Shown: piece by piece, positions 36,319 through 47,177 of the stretch
Position numbering within the stretch: position 1 is the first letter of the stretch
Layout: each line of letters begins with the position of its first letter
Source of the DNA: Planctomycetota bacterium
Lineage (GTDB): Bacteria; Planctomycetota; UBA8108; SXIK01
DNA length: 64,000 bases
Assembly (NCBI GenBank): GCA_965223845.1
Contig: CBDCXR010000004.1
Span: forward strand, 5,568,001-5,632,000
Direction: 5' to 3'
Position numbers and translations under genes: made by a program
Notes under the pieces: model-generated
The model's input: only the letters and a program-made list of their open reading frames with translations
Databases searched by the model: none
Told to the model about the DNA's origin: nothing

Positions 36319-36921
36319 TCAGGCGAGCCCCGTCGTGTCCGCATCCCGGCGGTGCTTCCCGCCGCACTCGAGGTCTCGGTCCTGATCGCCGCCGCTAGGG
36401 GGATCGGCGGCGGCGAGCTCGTCGGTCGCTACTCGTACGTAGAGCAGCCCCCCGCGCACGTCGAGCGGGAACCGCAGGAGAGACTGCTTCGCGTCGGCCG
36501 GTGGGCCCGAACGCGGCGTGCCGTCGCTCGCGAACACGCCGTTGTGGCACGGGCAGAAGAAGCGATCGTTCTGGGGCTCCCAAAAGACCTTGCAGCCGAG
36601 ATGCGGGCAAGTGCTCGAGAGCGCGAGAAAATCGTTTGCCGTTTCGCCTTCACCGCGCCGCGTGATCGTGACGCGCGCGCCGGCGGGAGTTTCATACGCG
36701 ATCGCATCGCCGACGGAGAGATCTGCGACGCGCGCGACGTAGAGCCACGCCGTCGGTCGCGCCTTCGACGGATAAAGATACCGGCCGCCGTAAAGAGCGA
36801 ACGTGCCGTAGCTGGCGGCGAGGCTGCCCGCCATCACCCATCCCGTGGCTCCGCCGATGAACTCTCGGCGTTCGACGTCGTTCGGTTTCGTCTCGTCAGC
36901 CGCCGGATTCGAATCCACCAC
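36319..36921 (-). CDS. Rieske 2Fe-2S subunit
   Basis: Tat-like ERREF plus a transmembrane helix; CPHLGC and CPCH boxes; GPP motif. Confidence 0.93.
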   Translation of the reverse strand: MVDSNPAADETKPNDVERREFIGGATGWVMAGSLAASYGTFALYGGRYLYPSKARPTAWLYVARVADLSVGDAIAYETPAGARVTITRRGEGETANDFLALSSTCPHLGCKVFWEPQNDRFFCPCHNGVFASDGTPRSGPPADAKQSLLRFPLDVRGGLLYVRVATDELAAADPPSGGDQDRDLECGGKHRRDADTTGLA

Positions 36922-36957
36922 GTCCCTCTGATCCCCAATCCCAGTCTCAGAAGCACC

Positions 36958-36987
36958 GGATTAAAAGATATTCCGACCTTTTTATCC
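36958..36987. promoter_or_regulatory. AT-rich imperfect palindrome, candidate Rrf2 operator upstream of the Rieske gene
   Basis: GGATTAAAAG-N10-CTTTTTATCC (9/10 symmetric) in a high-GC background. Confidence 0.5.
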
Positions 36988-37008
36988 AGAGAAGATCCGA
37001 ACGATCAT

Positions 37009-37422
37009 CTACTCGTCGCGACTGAATGCATCGCGGCCCAGGTCGGCAATCGTCGCGCCGTCGATCCACTCTTCGTAGGATTCCCGCACGCGCGACCACG
37101 CTCCGTGGAGCGGGCACGGATCCGCGTCCGAACAATCGGGAAAGCCGAATATGCACCGAAAGAGAACACTCTCGCCGTCGAGCGCGCGAAGGATGTCGCC
37201 GACCCTCGTCTCGAGCGCTTCCGGCGAGGCGCGAAAGCCGCCCCCCGGACCCTTGCGTGATTCGACGAATCCGCGCTTGCCGAGATCCGCGAGCACCTTC
37301 GCCAGGTACGGGGCCGATAAATCATAGTCGGCGGCGAGAGTTTCGACGTCGTACCACTCGCCTTCTGCGCGGACGAGCGCATGAAGCGCGCGGAGAGCGT
37401 ATTGACTCGTCTTAGAGAGCAA
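37009..37422 (-). CDS. Rrf2 family transcriptional regulator with candidate Fe-S ligands
   Basis: SKTSQYALRAL, YLAKVL, VESRKGPGGGF; CIFGFPDCSDADPCPLH (three Cys plus His). Confidence 0.92.
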   Translation of the reverse strand: MLSKTSQYALRALHALVRAEGEWYDVETLAADYDLSAPYLAKVLADLGKRGFVESRKGPGGGFRASPEALETRVGDILRALDGESVLFRCIFGFPDCSDADPCPLHGAWSRVRESYEEWIDGATIADLGRDAFSRDE

Positions 37423-37451
37423 CGGGCAAACGGGCTCGACTGCCGGTCCAG

Positions 37452-38897
37452 CTACAGATTCGGGAACGCCGCGGCGAGGTCGAGCTCGTCCCCGGTCGTC
37501 TTCTGCAGCTCGCGCAGTCGCGCGAACAGCTTCTTCATGAGCGCGAGGTTGTTTCGATCGCCCGCGAGGTCGCGCGTCTCGAGGGGATCGGCGACGAGAT
37601 CGTAGAGTCGCGCTCGGCTGATCTTCGGGTAGAGGATCAGCTTGTGGCGGCCGACCGTCACCGAGCGCTGGAGCTTCAAGTACGCGCCGTAGATCGCGTC
37701 GTAGCTCGAGCTCTTCGTCTCGCCGCGAAGGAGCGGAAGCAGGCTGTGAAACTCGACGTGTTCCGGCTTCTCGACTCCCGCGAGCTCGAGCGTCGTCGGG
37801 ACGACGTCCTGAAGGTAGATCGGTGCATCGATCGTCCGCCCCGCCGCGATCCCGGGCCCGCTGACGATGAACGGCACCCGCGTGCTGTGCTCGTAGAGGT
37901 TTTGCTTTCCGAGGAGACCGTGGTGCCCCACCGCGAGCCCGTGATCGGCACTGAACACGATATAGGTATTGTCGGCCTTGCCCGATTTCTCGAGTGCAGC
38001 GAGCATGCGGCCGATCTGCGCGTCCATGTGCGTGATGATCGCGTAGTACTCCTGGCGGTTCACCTTCACCGCGTACTCGGTGCGGGGAAACGGCGCGAGC
38101 TTCTCATCGCGGAGGCCGGGGCCACAGCCGATCGAATCCTTGTACGGGTACTCAGCGAGATAGCTGAACGGGACCTTGACCCGCTGGAGCGGATACTTGT
38201 CGACGTACTCCTTCGGGCTCTGCCGCGGATCGTGGGGCGCGTTGAACGCGAGGTACATGAAGAACGGCTTCTCGCTCTTCGCGGCGATCTCGAAGAACCC
38301 ATCCGCGTCGTCGCCGAGGACTTCACTCCAGTGCTTTCCGCCTCTCCAAAAACCCTCCCACTGCCGGTCCCACGGTCGCCAGGCATCTTCCTCGCCCTCG
38401 TGCGGGCGGTTGTACCCCGCTTTCGTCTGGTTCGGCATGCCCGGTCTCACGTGGACGACGTGATCGAACGCGAGCTCCGCCTTCGCGCGGACGTGCCACT
38501 TCCCCGAGAAGAACGTTTCGTAGCCGGCCTTCCGCAGAATCTCCGACCAAAAGCGCCCCGCCTTTCGCTCGTCTTCCGTCGCTTGATACACGCGGTGCGC
38601 GTGCCAAAGGAACCGCCCCGTGTTGAGCATCGTCCGGCTCGCCACGCAGACCGCGCCGCTCCACGAGCCCATATTGTACGCGCGCGAAAACGAGGTCCCG
38701 CGCGCGACGAGTCGATCGAGGTTCGGCGTCTCGATTTCGTCGTTTCCTAGCGCTCCGACGAGCTCGTGCGAGTGATCGTCGGCGAAAATGAACAGAATGT
38801 TCGGCCGCGCGTCGTCGGCTCCCCGGACGACAGTCGCAATCAGCAGCCCGCAAAGGCAAACGGTCATCGAGAGCGAGAGTCGCGGCCGCGTCGTCAT
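37452..38897 (-). CDS. Sulfatase (formylglycine-dependent family), exported
   Basis: PNILFIFADD, CVASR..LNTG, GKWH, APHDP, SADHG and GKQNLYE motifs; signal peptide. Confidence 0.92.
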   Translation of the reverse strand: MTTRPRLSLSMTVCLCGLLIATVVRGADDARPNILFIFADDHSHELVGALGNDEIETPNLDRLVARGTSFSRAYNMGSWSGAVCVASRTMLNTGRFLWHAHRVYQATEDERKAGRFWSEILRKAGYETFFSGKWHVRAKAELAFDHVVHVRPGMPNQTKAGYNRPHEGEEDAWRPWDRQWEGFWRGGKHWSEVLGDDADGFFEIAAKSEKPFFMYLAFNAPHDPRQSPKEYVDKYPLQRVKVPFSYLAEYPYKDSIGCGPGLRDEKLAPFPRTEYAVKVNRQEYYAIITHMDAQIGRMLAALEKSGKADNTYIVFSADHGLAVGHHGLLGKQNLYEHSTRVPFIVSGPGIAAGRTIDAPIYLQDVVPTTLELAGVEKPEHVEFHSLLPLLRGETKSSSYDAIYGAYLKLQRSVTVGRHKLILYPKISRARLYDLVADPLETRDLAGDRNNLALMKKLFARLRELQKTTGDELDLAAAFPNL

Positions 38898-38995
38898 GGG
38901 ATGGCTCCTGGGAATGGATTCGAGGTAGGACGAGACAGCCTACCCGACACCCTGGGAACCCTCCAGGTGCGATCCTTCGAGCGAACGCGAGGCGG

Positions 38996-40330
38996 CTACT
39001 CGATGACCTTGAGATCGGGGACAAAGTACTCTTTGCCTTCGATCTCGACTCGGCGAGTCGGCCAGCGGATGCAGGGCGTCAGGATCTCGATGCCGTCCTC
39101 CCCGACGATGAACGTGTCTTCGTGCTTCGAGCCGCGACACGTCGGGTTGTAGGCCATCGCCATTCCCGGACGGATGACCGCGTCCGGCAGCTTGCGCAGA
39201 AGCGTGATCCTCTCCGCGGTGAGGATCGGTCCGCCCTGGAGATGCTTCTGCCATTCGTTCAGGTAACCGCCCTCGGCGTACGCGCGTTCGTTGGCCTGGA
39301 GGACCTGGCGAAACGTATTCCCCGGGCGAGTCGCGTGCAGCATCGCCGCCATGACCTTGGCCCCCACATCGTAGACGCGGAGAAGCTCTTCGTCGGGCTT
39401 CCCGAAGTGGAGGAGGCGACTCGTCGAGATCACCATCCCCCATCGCCGCACGCAGACGTTGAGATTCAGGTAGTCGCGGAGCTCCGCACCCACCGGGAAC
39501 GGATGCTTGTACGTACGTACGCGATCGTCGACCGAGGCGAGGTTGACGGTCGGGAAGATGTCCCAGTACCAGCACTCCCGCGCGAGAAGATACTGGACGT
39601 CGTACTCCGTCATTCCGGGGCGGACGACGTCAGCGACGGCTTCGAGGATCTCGACGCACTTCTGTCCGAGCCACCGGTACTTCTTCAGCTCCGGCGGAGT
39701 CAGCGGGAAGAGGAGACCGAGGAAGTCGGTCGTCTCGAGCGGCTGCATCGCGCCGGGGTGGACCGCGTCGGTGACGATCTTTTCCGGATCGGGACAGTAC
39801 TTCGCGATGCGCGCCGGCTCTTCGGTCGCGTCTTCGTAGTAGCGAAACTGCTCGATCTCGAAGCCGAGCCCGCTCACGACCTCCGCCACGAGCCGCGGCG
39901 CTTCGATGTTGTTCGAGATCAGAACCACCGCATCCTTCGTGACGAGAACCTTCGCCTGCGCAGCGTCGCTCGCGTGAACGATGAAATCCTCGCCGCCGCC
40001 GGTGATCCAGCTGAACGTCGTCTCCTTCGTCAGAAGCAGACCGTCGGCTCCCTTCGACGCGAGGAACGTGCGGACGCGCTGAAGCTTCATCTCGACTTCG
40101 ACACGGCGCTCGGCGCGGTCGATGACCAGCTCGCCGAACCGACTCGAAGCGCGCTCGGGATTCCGAAATAGATCGTCCGAAGGAAGCGTCGTCATCGGGC
40201 CTCCGCAGGAACTGAGACCAAGCGCGATTCCGAGCAAGACCGGAATCGCGACTGCGCTCGAAGCACGAAAGCCGCGAGAGTCTAACGTGGTGGAGAAAAT
40301 AGGAGTACGCTCCTCAGGCGAAATCGTCAC
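38996..40330 (-). CDS. M24 (Xaa-Pro peptidase/creatinase-fold) family protein, possible lipoprotein
   Basis: VRPGMTEY, HLQGG and KHEDTF pita-bread-fold motifs; LGLSSC lipobox. Start uncertain. Confidence 0.7.
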   Translation of the reverse strand: MTISPEERTPIFSTTLDSRGFRASSAVAIPVLLGIALGLSSCGGPMTTLPSDDLFRNPERASSRFGELVIDRAERRVEVEMKLQRVRTFLASKGADGLLLTKETTFSWITGGGEDFIVHASDAAQAKVLVTKDAVVLISNNIEAPRLVAEVVSGLGFEIEQFRYYEDATEEPARIAKYCPDPEKIVTDAVHPGAMQPLETTDFLGLLFPLTPPELKKYRWLGQKCVEILEAVADVVRPGMTEYDVQYLLARECWYWDIFPTVNLASVDDRVRTYKHPFPVGAELRDYLNLNVCVRRWGMVISTSRLLHFGKPDEELLRVYDVGAKVMAAMLHATRPGNTFRQVLQANERAYAEGGYLNEWQKHLQGGPILTAERITLLRKLPDAVIRPGMAMAYNPTCRGSKHEDTFIVGEDGIEILTPCIRWPTRRVEIEGKEYFVPDLKVIE

Positions 40331-40652
40331 GCGGAAGACCGACCCGTCTGCCCTGTCATCGTCGGTTCCAAAGGGGGGGAAACCAGCTAAGATGACGCTC
40401 GTTTCTCCCTTGCGCAACGACGGGGATTGGTTATCAGACCTTCGACTGCGTGGTTGCCGTCGCGGATGGGTTGGCTCGTAAGAGGTTGTCGCCACGAAGG
40501 GCACGACGGACGCGAAGGGAAGAGGAATGCGAGAGGAGAGGGGGGAGGAGTATGGGTGTAACGTTTCGTAGTTTCGGTGGGGCCCGGACCGTTCGATCCG
40601 CCTAGCAAATCTTCCCTCGGTGCCCGTCTAGTTCTTAGGAAGCGTCTAAGCC

Positions 40653-40997
40653 ATGCCCTTCATCCCCTGGGACAACATCGAGAGCATCGAACCCGCCCCC
40701 GGCATTCGCATGCGTGCGCCCTACGGCGAGCGCATGATGATGACGCGCTTCGACCTCGACGAAGGAAGCGTGATCCCTCTGCACAACCACCCGCACGAGC
40801 AAGTCGGGATCGTGCTCGAGGGCGAGATCGAGGTTACGCTCGCCGGCGAAACGCGCACCCTCGGTCCGGGCGACGCCTACATCATCCCTGGAGGCGTCGA
40901 CCACGAAGTCAAAACTCTTCGCGCGCCGTGTCGAGTGCTCGACGTGTTTTCACCGATCCGAGACGACTACGCGACGGAGAACAACCGGCTCGCGTGA
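40653..40997 (+). CDS. Cupin domain protein
   Basis: PLHNHPHEQ...GD..IIPGGVDH cupin motifs. Confidence 0.9.
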   Translation: MPFIPWDNIESIEPAPGIRMRAPYGERMMMTRFDLDEGSVIPLHNHPHEQVGIVLEGEIEVTLAGETRTLGPGDAYIIPGGVDHEVKTLRAPCRVLDVFSPIRDDYATENNRLA

Positions 40998-41008
40998 CGG
41001 GCGCTCGC

Positions 41009-42295
41009 TCAGTGCTGAAACTCCGGCACCTCGGAAGGCTCGCGGCGAATGTGCGCGCCGAGTGAGCTGAGGCGGTGCTCGATCTGCTCGTAGCCGCGGT
41101 CGAGATGGTAGATGCGCTGCACCTCGGTGACGCCGGCCGCGACAAGCCCGGCGAGGAGAAGCGATGCGCTCGCGCGGAGATCGGAAGCCATCACCGGCGC
41201 ACCGCTCAGACAGGGCACGCCGGAGATAATCGCGCTCGGCCCTTCCTTCCGGACATTCGCTCCCATGCGCGCGAGCTCGGCGATGTGAATGAACCGATCG
41301 GGGTAGACCTTCTCCGTGATGATGCTGATCCCGTCGGCGAGGCTGAGAAGCGCCATCATCTGCGCCTGAAGGTCGGTCGGAAAGCCGGGATAGGGAAGCG
41401 TCGTCACATCGACCGCCCGGAATCCACCGTTCGATCTCACGCCGATCGAATCGCCTTCAGCGGTCACGTGGAGTCCGACTTGCCGAAGGATATCCGTCAC
41501 CGCCGCCATGTGGTCGGGCCGCGCCTTCCGAACGACGACGTCCCCGCGCGTGATCGCACCCGCGATGAGAAACGTCCCCGCTTCGATGCGGTCGGGAATC
41601 ACGGTGTACTCGACGCCGCCGAGCTCCGGTACGCCGTGGACGACGACCCGCGGCGTCCCGACGCCCTCGATGATCGCTCCCATCTTCGTGAGGCAGCCGG
41701 CGAGATCGACGATCTCCGGTTCGCACGCCGCCGCCTCGATGACCGTCGTCCCGTGCGCGAGCGTCGCGGCCATCATAATGTTCGCCGTCCCGAGGACGGT
41801 CGAGCCGAACGGCCCGCCGAGAAACACCGTCGCGCCCCGAAGCTCGTCGACCTCCGCCTCGACGTAGCCGTGGCGGATCCGGATGTTCGCTCCCAGCGCC
41901 GCGAGCCCCTTCAAGTGCAAATCGATGGGCCGCACCCCGAAGACGCAGCCGCCGGGAAGCGACACCTTCGCCCGCTTCCGCCGCGCGAGAAGCGGCCCCA
42001 GCGTGCACACCGACGCACGCATTTTGCTCACGTAGCTGTAAGGAGCGGTGTGCGGCTCCGAATCCTCCAGCTCGACCTCGATCGCCCCGTCCTGCCGCCG
42101 CTCGGCGTCCATGCCGAGGTCGCGGAGGATCTGTAGCGTGGTCGTGACGTCCTGAAGCTCGGGGACGTTCTGGATCCGGCACTTCTCATCGGTGAGAAGC
42201 GTCGAAAAAAGGATCGGCAAGGCCGCGTTCTTCGCCCCGCGGACTTCGACGCTACCCTCGAGCGGGATGCCTCCCTCGATGAGGAGCTTGTCCAT
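41009..42295 (-). CDS. murA: UDP-N-acetylglucosamine 1-carboxyvinyltransferase
   Basis: [39 protein letters not shown] and DLRASA motifs. Confidence 0.97.
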   Translation of the reverse strand: MDKLLIEGGIPLEGSVEVRGAKNAALPILFSTLLTDEKCRIQNVPELQDVTTTLQILRDLGMDAERRQDGAIEVELEDSEPHTAPYSYVSKMRASVCTLGPLLARRKRAKVSLPGGCVFGVRPIDLHLKGLAALGANIRIRHGYVEAEVDELRGATVFLGGPFGSTVLGTANIMMAATLAHGTTVIEAAACEPEIVDLAGCLTKMGAIIEGVGTPRVVVHGVPELGGVEYTVIPDRIEAGTFLIAGAITRGDVVVRKARPDHMAAVTDILRQVGLHVTAEGDSIGVRSNGGFRAVDVTTLPYPGFPTDLQAQMMALLSLADGISIITEKVYPDRFIHIAELARMGANVRKEGPSAIISGVPCLSGAPVMASDLRASASLLLAGLVAAGVTEVQRIYHLDRGYEQIEHRLSSLGAHIRREPSEVPEFQH

Positions 42296-42581
42296 GGACC
42301 TTCACTTCCCTGTTTTCTCTTCGGGTTCTTCTCGCTTCGCCCACCGTCCCACCGGATTCGATGAGTACAGCGGGCGCACGCACGGCCTCCTCAGATCGCG
42401 CGCGAGGAACTCCGGAGCGGACAGGGGGAAAGCGAAGGCGCAACCGCCCGCTCGGGGCGGGCGATTCTAACGGCGCGCCGGAGCGAGGATCAACCGGAAA
42501 GGATCGTAGAGCGGCTCGCTGCTCGTTCCCGTCCCGAGGTGGGCGAGAGGTAGGCGGACACATCGAACGCCCCACGCCCCC

Positions 42582-43511
42582 TCACCCCCGCCCCACCACC
42601 ACGCGCTCGATGCCGCCGTAGTCCTTGATCACGCGCAGCGCGCCGAGTCCCGCGCGCAAGAGAGTTTCGCGCACGTCTCCGGCTTGGCCGTCTCCCACTT
42701 CGACGATGAGATGGCCGGCGGGCGCGAGGCGCTCGCGCGCAGCCGACGCGATCGCTCGGTAGTAGCCGAGTCCGTCGCGCTCGCGGCTCTTCTCGTCGAC
42801 GAGCGCCGCGCGCGGTTCGTGGTCTCGGACCTCGGGCATCAGGTCGCCGTACTCGCTCTCCGCGACGTACGGTGGATTCGAGACGATGACGTCGTAGCGG
42901 CGATCGATCGGGAGCGGCGCGAAGAGATCGCCGGCGAACAACTCGACGCGCGAAGCGACGTCGTGAGCGCGGGCGTTTCGCTCCGCGACGGCAAGGGCAT
43001 CGGCGCTCGCGTCGACGGCGTCCACGCTCGCGTAGGAGCAACTCTTCGCGATGGCGATTGCGATATTCCCTGCGCCCGTTCCGAGGTCGAGAACTCTCCT
43101 CGCCTCCGGTGCGGCCGGAACGCAATCCTCGCCCCCGTCCGGCACGTCCCGCCCGAGCGCCTCGAGCGCGGCATCGACCAGGTGCTCCGTTTCCGGCCGG
43201 GGAATGAGCACCGCCGGTGTCACTTCGAACGCGAGCGAATAGAACTCCTTCGTCCCGAGGATATACGCGACCGGTTCACGCTTTCCGCGCCTCGCGACGG
43301 ATGCGCGAAACTCCGCGCGCTCCTTACCCTCGACCGGACGCTGGAATCCGGTGTAGAGCTCCATGCGCGTGCAGCCGAGCGCCGCCGCGAGAAGGAGCTC
43401 CGCGTCGAGGCGCGGCGAAGCGCACTCGGCTCGGCGGAAGTAGTCCTCGGTCCACGCGAGGAGCTCCTTCACCGTCCACACATTCGGCGCTTCCGGTTGC
43501 GGCGCGATCAC
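42582..43511 (-). CDS. prmC: Release factor glutamine methyltransferase
   Basis: [24 protein letters not shown] and SNPPY motifs; downstream of prfA. Confidence 0.95.
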   Translation of the reverse strand: MIAPQPEAPNVWTVKELLAWTEDYFRRAECASPRLDAELLLAAALGCTRMELYTGFQRPVEGKERAEFRASVARRGKREPVAYILGTKEFYSLAFEVTPAVLIPRPETEHLVDAALEALGRDVPDGGEDCVPAAPEARRVLDLGTGAGNIAIAIAKSCSYASVDAVDASADALAVAERNARAHDVASRVELFAGDLFAPLPIDRRYDVIVSNPPYVAESEYGDLMPEVRDHEPRAALVDEKSRERDGLGYYRAIASAARERLAPAGHLIVEVGDGQAGDVRETLLRAGLGALRVIKDYGGIERVVVGRG

Positions 43512-44590
43512 AACGCCTTCAGCCGCTCCTCGCGATCGCGCGCACGCAGCGCTTCGAACACCGGCTCGAGAGCGCCTTCATGAACCACCTTCTCGAGGTT
43601 GAAGTTCTGTCCGATGCGGTGATCCGTCACGCGGTTCTGAGGAAAATTGTACGTGCGGACGCGCTGACTGCGGTCGCCGGAGCCGATCTGACTCCGCCGT
43701 TCGGACTGTTCCTTCTCGAGTCGCTCCGACTCAAAGTGCTCGTAGAGCCGGCTTCGGAGGACGCGCATCGCCCGCGCGCGGTTCTTGTGCTGAGACGACT
43801 CTTCTTGAATCGCGACGACGATGCCCGTCGGCTCGTGAGTGAGGCGAACGGCCGATGACGTCTTGTTGACCTTTTGCCCGCCGGGTCCCGATGCGCAGTA
43901 AAAGTCCACGCGGACGTCGGCGTCCTTGATGTCGACTTCGACCTCTTCGGGCTCCCCCATGACCGCGACCGTCGCCGCCGACGTGTGGATGCGCCCGCTC
44001 GTTTCCGTCTCCGGCACACGCTGCACGCGGTGACCGCCCATCTCGTAACGGAGATCGCGGAAGACCGCCTCGCCCGTAACGCTGAAGACGATCGTCTTGA
44101 AGCCGCCGAGATCCGTCGGCGAGGCATCGAGGAGCTCGATCTTCCAGCTGCGCCTCTCGGCGAGACGCGAGTACATGCGGAAGAGATCGCCGGCAAAGAG
44201 CGCGGCTTCATCGCCGCCTGTCCCCGCGCGGATCTCCATGATCACGTTTCGCTCGGAGTCCTTGTCTTCGACGAGGACCGCTTCGAGGATCTCGGCCGAC
44301 AGTTGCTCGAGCTCCGGCCCGATGCGCTCGACCTCCTCGCGCGCGAGCGCGCGGAACTCCTCGTCCTCGTCGCTCGAGCCGGCGAGTTCCTCGTTCTCGC
44401 GGAGATCGCTCGCGAGCTCGCGGTACCGCCGGAACCGCCCGACCTTCTTCGCGAGTCCGCCGAGCTCCCGCGAGTGCGCGCGATAGAGCGACGGATTCGC
44501 GATCACATCCGGTGAGCTCACGAGCTGCTCGAGCTCGTCGTGACGAGCGATCAGTTCGTCGAGCTTCTTTTCGACCAGCTCAGGGAGCAT
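43508..44590 (-). CDS. prfA: Peptide chain release factor 1
   Basis: [21 protein letters not shown] (PxT), GPGGQ and [14 protein letters not shown]. Start reassigned to 44590. Confidence 0.96.
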   Translation of the reverse strand: MLPELVEKKLDELIARHDELEQLVSSPDVIANPSLYRAHSRELGGLAKKVGRFRRYRELASDLRENEELAGSSDEDEEFRALAREEVERIGPELEQLSAEILEAVLVEDKDSERNVIMEIRAGTGGDEAALFAGDLFRMYSRLAERRSWKIELLDASPTDLGGFKTIVFSVTGEAVFRDLRYEMGGHRVQRVPETETSGRIHTSAATVAVMGEPEEVEVDIKDADVRVDFYCASGPGGQKVNKTSSAVRLTHEPTGIVVAIQEESSQHKNRARAMRVLRSRLYEHFESERLEKEQSERRSQIGSGDRSQRVRTYNFPQNRVTDHRIGQNFNLEKVVHEGALEPVFEALRARDREERLKAL

Positions 44591-44875
44591 CGCGGGTCTC
44601 GCGCGGAACCGCTCACTCGGCGGCGGGCGGAATGGAGGCAGCGCCCAGCGGCCCCTCGGGCATCGGCGCAAGGTTTCGATCGAACCCGCGGCCGTTCGGG
44701 ACGATCTCGACGACCGGCGGGAACGGGGACAGGTTCGAACCCGGAACCAGACACGCATCCGCATATCCGGTTAGCGACATAGCATCGGCGAGAATCCGCC
44801 GGGCGGCAAGATCGGCGCCCGCGCTCACGCGAGTTCGTCGATCGGAGCGCCGCACACTCGTCGAAACCGAGTGAG

Positions 44876-45286
44876 TCAGGACTTCTCGGCGTCGGGCTTC
44901 GCTTCTTCTGCGGGCTTCGCGTCGCCGCCCTTCGCGTCCCCCGGGGCGCCCTTCGACTTCGCGTCCTTCTTCCCCTCGTCCTCCTCGCCCTTCTTCCTCT
45001 TCCGTCCGCGCGGGTCGAGCGACACTTTCTCGCGGCCCGCGCGTCGCGACGACTTCTTCTCGGTAAGGAGCTTGTCCTTCTGCTCGTTGCTCCAAGCGTG
45101 GCGCCGCTGGAACTTTTCGACGCGTCCGGCCGCATCGACGAACTTCTGCTTCCCCGTGTAGAAGGGATGGCAGGCGGAGCAGATTTCGACCGTGAGCGTC
45201 GGGACGGTCGCCCGAGTCTCGAAGCTGTTGCCGCAGCCACACGTAACGGTGCACTCGACGTAACGGGGGTGGATCTTCGGTTTCAT
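44876..45286 (-). CDS. rpmE: 50S ribosomal protein bL31 (Zn-binding type) with a long C-terminal extension
   Basis: MKPKIHP...CGCG...[24 protein letters not shown]. Confidence 0.93.
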   Translation of the reverse strand: MKPKIHPRYVECTVTCGCGNSFETRATVPTLTVEICSACHPFYTGKQKFVDAAGRVEKFQRRHAWSNEQKDKLLTEKKSSRRAGREKVSLDPRGRKRKKGEEDEGKKDAKSKGAPGDAKGGDAKPAEEAKPDAEKS

Positions 45287-45525
45287 CGGTCTTTCCCTGG
45301 CGCGTAGCCGCTTGCGCCTAGCTTGTTCGAGGAGACGGCTCGTGGACGAGATGCCACCGGCGCCGGCGACGCTTGCGCTCCGAAGCAAGACGACCGACCC
45401 GGCGGAAGCCGACCACTATACTGAGTGCCCGGCGACGCATCAAACCACATTCCCGCGCGGTTCCGCGCATCGTGGATGAGCGTGCAACTCGATCCACTGA
45501 GGCGAGTTACGACCGCCCGGCGCCT

Positions 45526-46827
45526 CTAAGCGGTCTCCCGCCGGTTTTTCTTTCGCGCTACGCGCTTCCCCCGGGCGAACGTCTTCTGACGGACGAGCTC
45601 CGGCGTGACGACGTACTCGGCGATCTTTTCGGCGTGGTCGGGGATCTCGAAGAGCGCATCGAGCATGACGTTCTCGACGATCGCGCGCAGTCCCCGCGCC
45701 CCCGTGCCGCGGCCGGCGGCGAGCTTCGCGATGTCGCGAAGCGCCTTGTCCGTGAACGTGAGCTCGACGTCGACCAGGCGGAAGAGCGCCTGATACTGCC
45801 GGACGATCGCGTCCTTCGGCTCGAGGAGGATGCGCACGAGCTCGTCTTCGGTCAGCGGATCGAGCGTGCTGAGGAGCGGGAGCCGCCCGAGGAACTCGGG
45901 GATCATGCCGAACTGGATGAGATCCTCGACCTCGACCTGACGGAGGAGATCGCGACGCGCCTCGAGATCTTCGCGATGGGTCTCACCGAAGACTGGGTTG
46001 AATCCGATCCGCTTCTTACCGATGCGGTTTGCGATGATCTCCTCGAGCCCCGAGAACGTCCCGCCGACGATGAAGAGGATGTTGCGCGTGTCGACCTGGA
46101 TGTACTGCTGCTCGGGATGCTTACGCCCGCCCTGCGGCGGCACGTTCGCAACGGTGCCCTCGAGCATCTTGAGAAGGCTCTGCTGAACGCCCTCGCCCGA
46201 GACGTCACGCGTGATGGAGACGTTTTGTGTCGCGCGCGCGACCTTGTCGATCTCGTCGACGAAGATGATTCCCTGCTCGGCGCGCTCGACGTCGAAGTCG
46301 GCTGCCTGGAGAAGCTTGAGGATCAGGTTCTCGACGTCCTCGCCGACGTACCCGGCTTCGGTGAGCGTCGTCGCGTCGCCGATGGCGAACGGAACCTGAA
46401 GGATCTCGGCCATCGTCCGCGCGAGCGCGGTCTTACCGCAACCCGTCGGTCCGATCAGAAGAATGTTCGTCTTCTCGATCTCGACGTCGGCGCTCTTCGT
46501 CGTGTCCTGGAGGAGCAGCCGCTTGTAGTGGTTGTGAACGGCGACCGAGAGGATCTTCTTTGCGTGTTCCTGGCCGACGATGCGCTCGCTGAGGCGTGCA
46601 AGGATCGTGCGAGGCGTCGGAATCTGCTCGAGATAGAGCGGCGGCGGCGCCTGCCCGGAGTGCTCGTCCTCGTGGAGGATCGAGTGACAGATCTCGACGC
46701 AGCGATTGCAGATGTAGATCGTGGGGCGCCCAGCGATGAGCTTGTCGACTTCGTGCTTCGTCGAATCGCAGAACGCACAGCGCTCGACGTTGTCTCGCTT
46801 TCGTCCGCCCCCTCCACTTCGTGTCAT
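45526..46827 (-). CDS. clpX: ATP-dependent Clp protease ATP-binding subunit
   Basis: C4 zinc finger, [29 protein letters not shown] and IGF loop. Confidence 0.97.
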   Translation of the reverse strand: MTRSGGGGRKRDNVERCAFCDSTKHEVDKLIAGRPTIYICNRCVEICHSILHEDEHSGQAPPPLYLEQIPTPRTILARLSERIVGQEHAKKILSVAVHNHYKRLLLQDTTKSADVEIEKTNILLIGPTGCGKTALARTMAEILQVPFAIGDATTLTEAGYVGEDVENLILKLLQAADFDVERAEQGIIFVDEIDKVARATQNVSITRDVSGEGVQQSLLKMLEGTVANVPPQGGRKHPEQQYIQVDTRNILFIVGGTFSGLEEIIANRIGKKRIGFNPVFGETHREDLEARRDLLRQVEVEDLIQFGMIPEFLGRLPLLSTLDPLTEDELVRILLEPKDAIVRQYQALFRLVDVELTFTDKALRDIAKLAAGRGTGARGLRAIVENVMLDALFEIPDHAEKIAEYVVTPELVRQKTFARGKRVARKKNRRETA

Positions 46828-47177
46828 GAGAACACCGCCAGGTTTTAGATTGCCCCCCGCGTTCGCCGGCTCACCGTGTGCGCCGGCGTCCGACACCCAC
46901 ATCTATGGTGTCCCCGCGACACGCTAGAGTCCAGCTAGAACACGACGAGCGAGCGACGGAGACCGCCGGAAGGCGCACTTGACGAAGCGACCTGTTCGCG
47001 TTGTGAAGCGCGCGTCCACGCGCTTCGGAAGCGGCGAACGCAAGCCATCTCCGTGATGTTCGAGTGATGACGCAGCGGAGCCGCGCGTGACCGCGCTCGG
47101 AAAATGAGAGATCGGTGAAAGGGCGAACGCCCTCGCAAGGGAAAGTTCGTCTCCGAAGAAGCGCGTCGCGCTTACTC

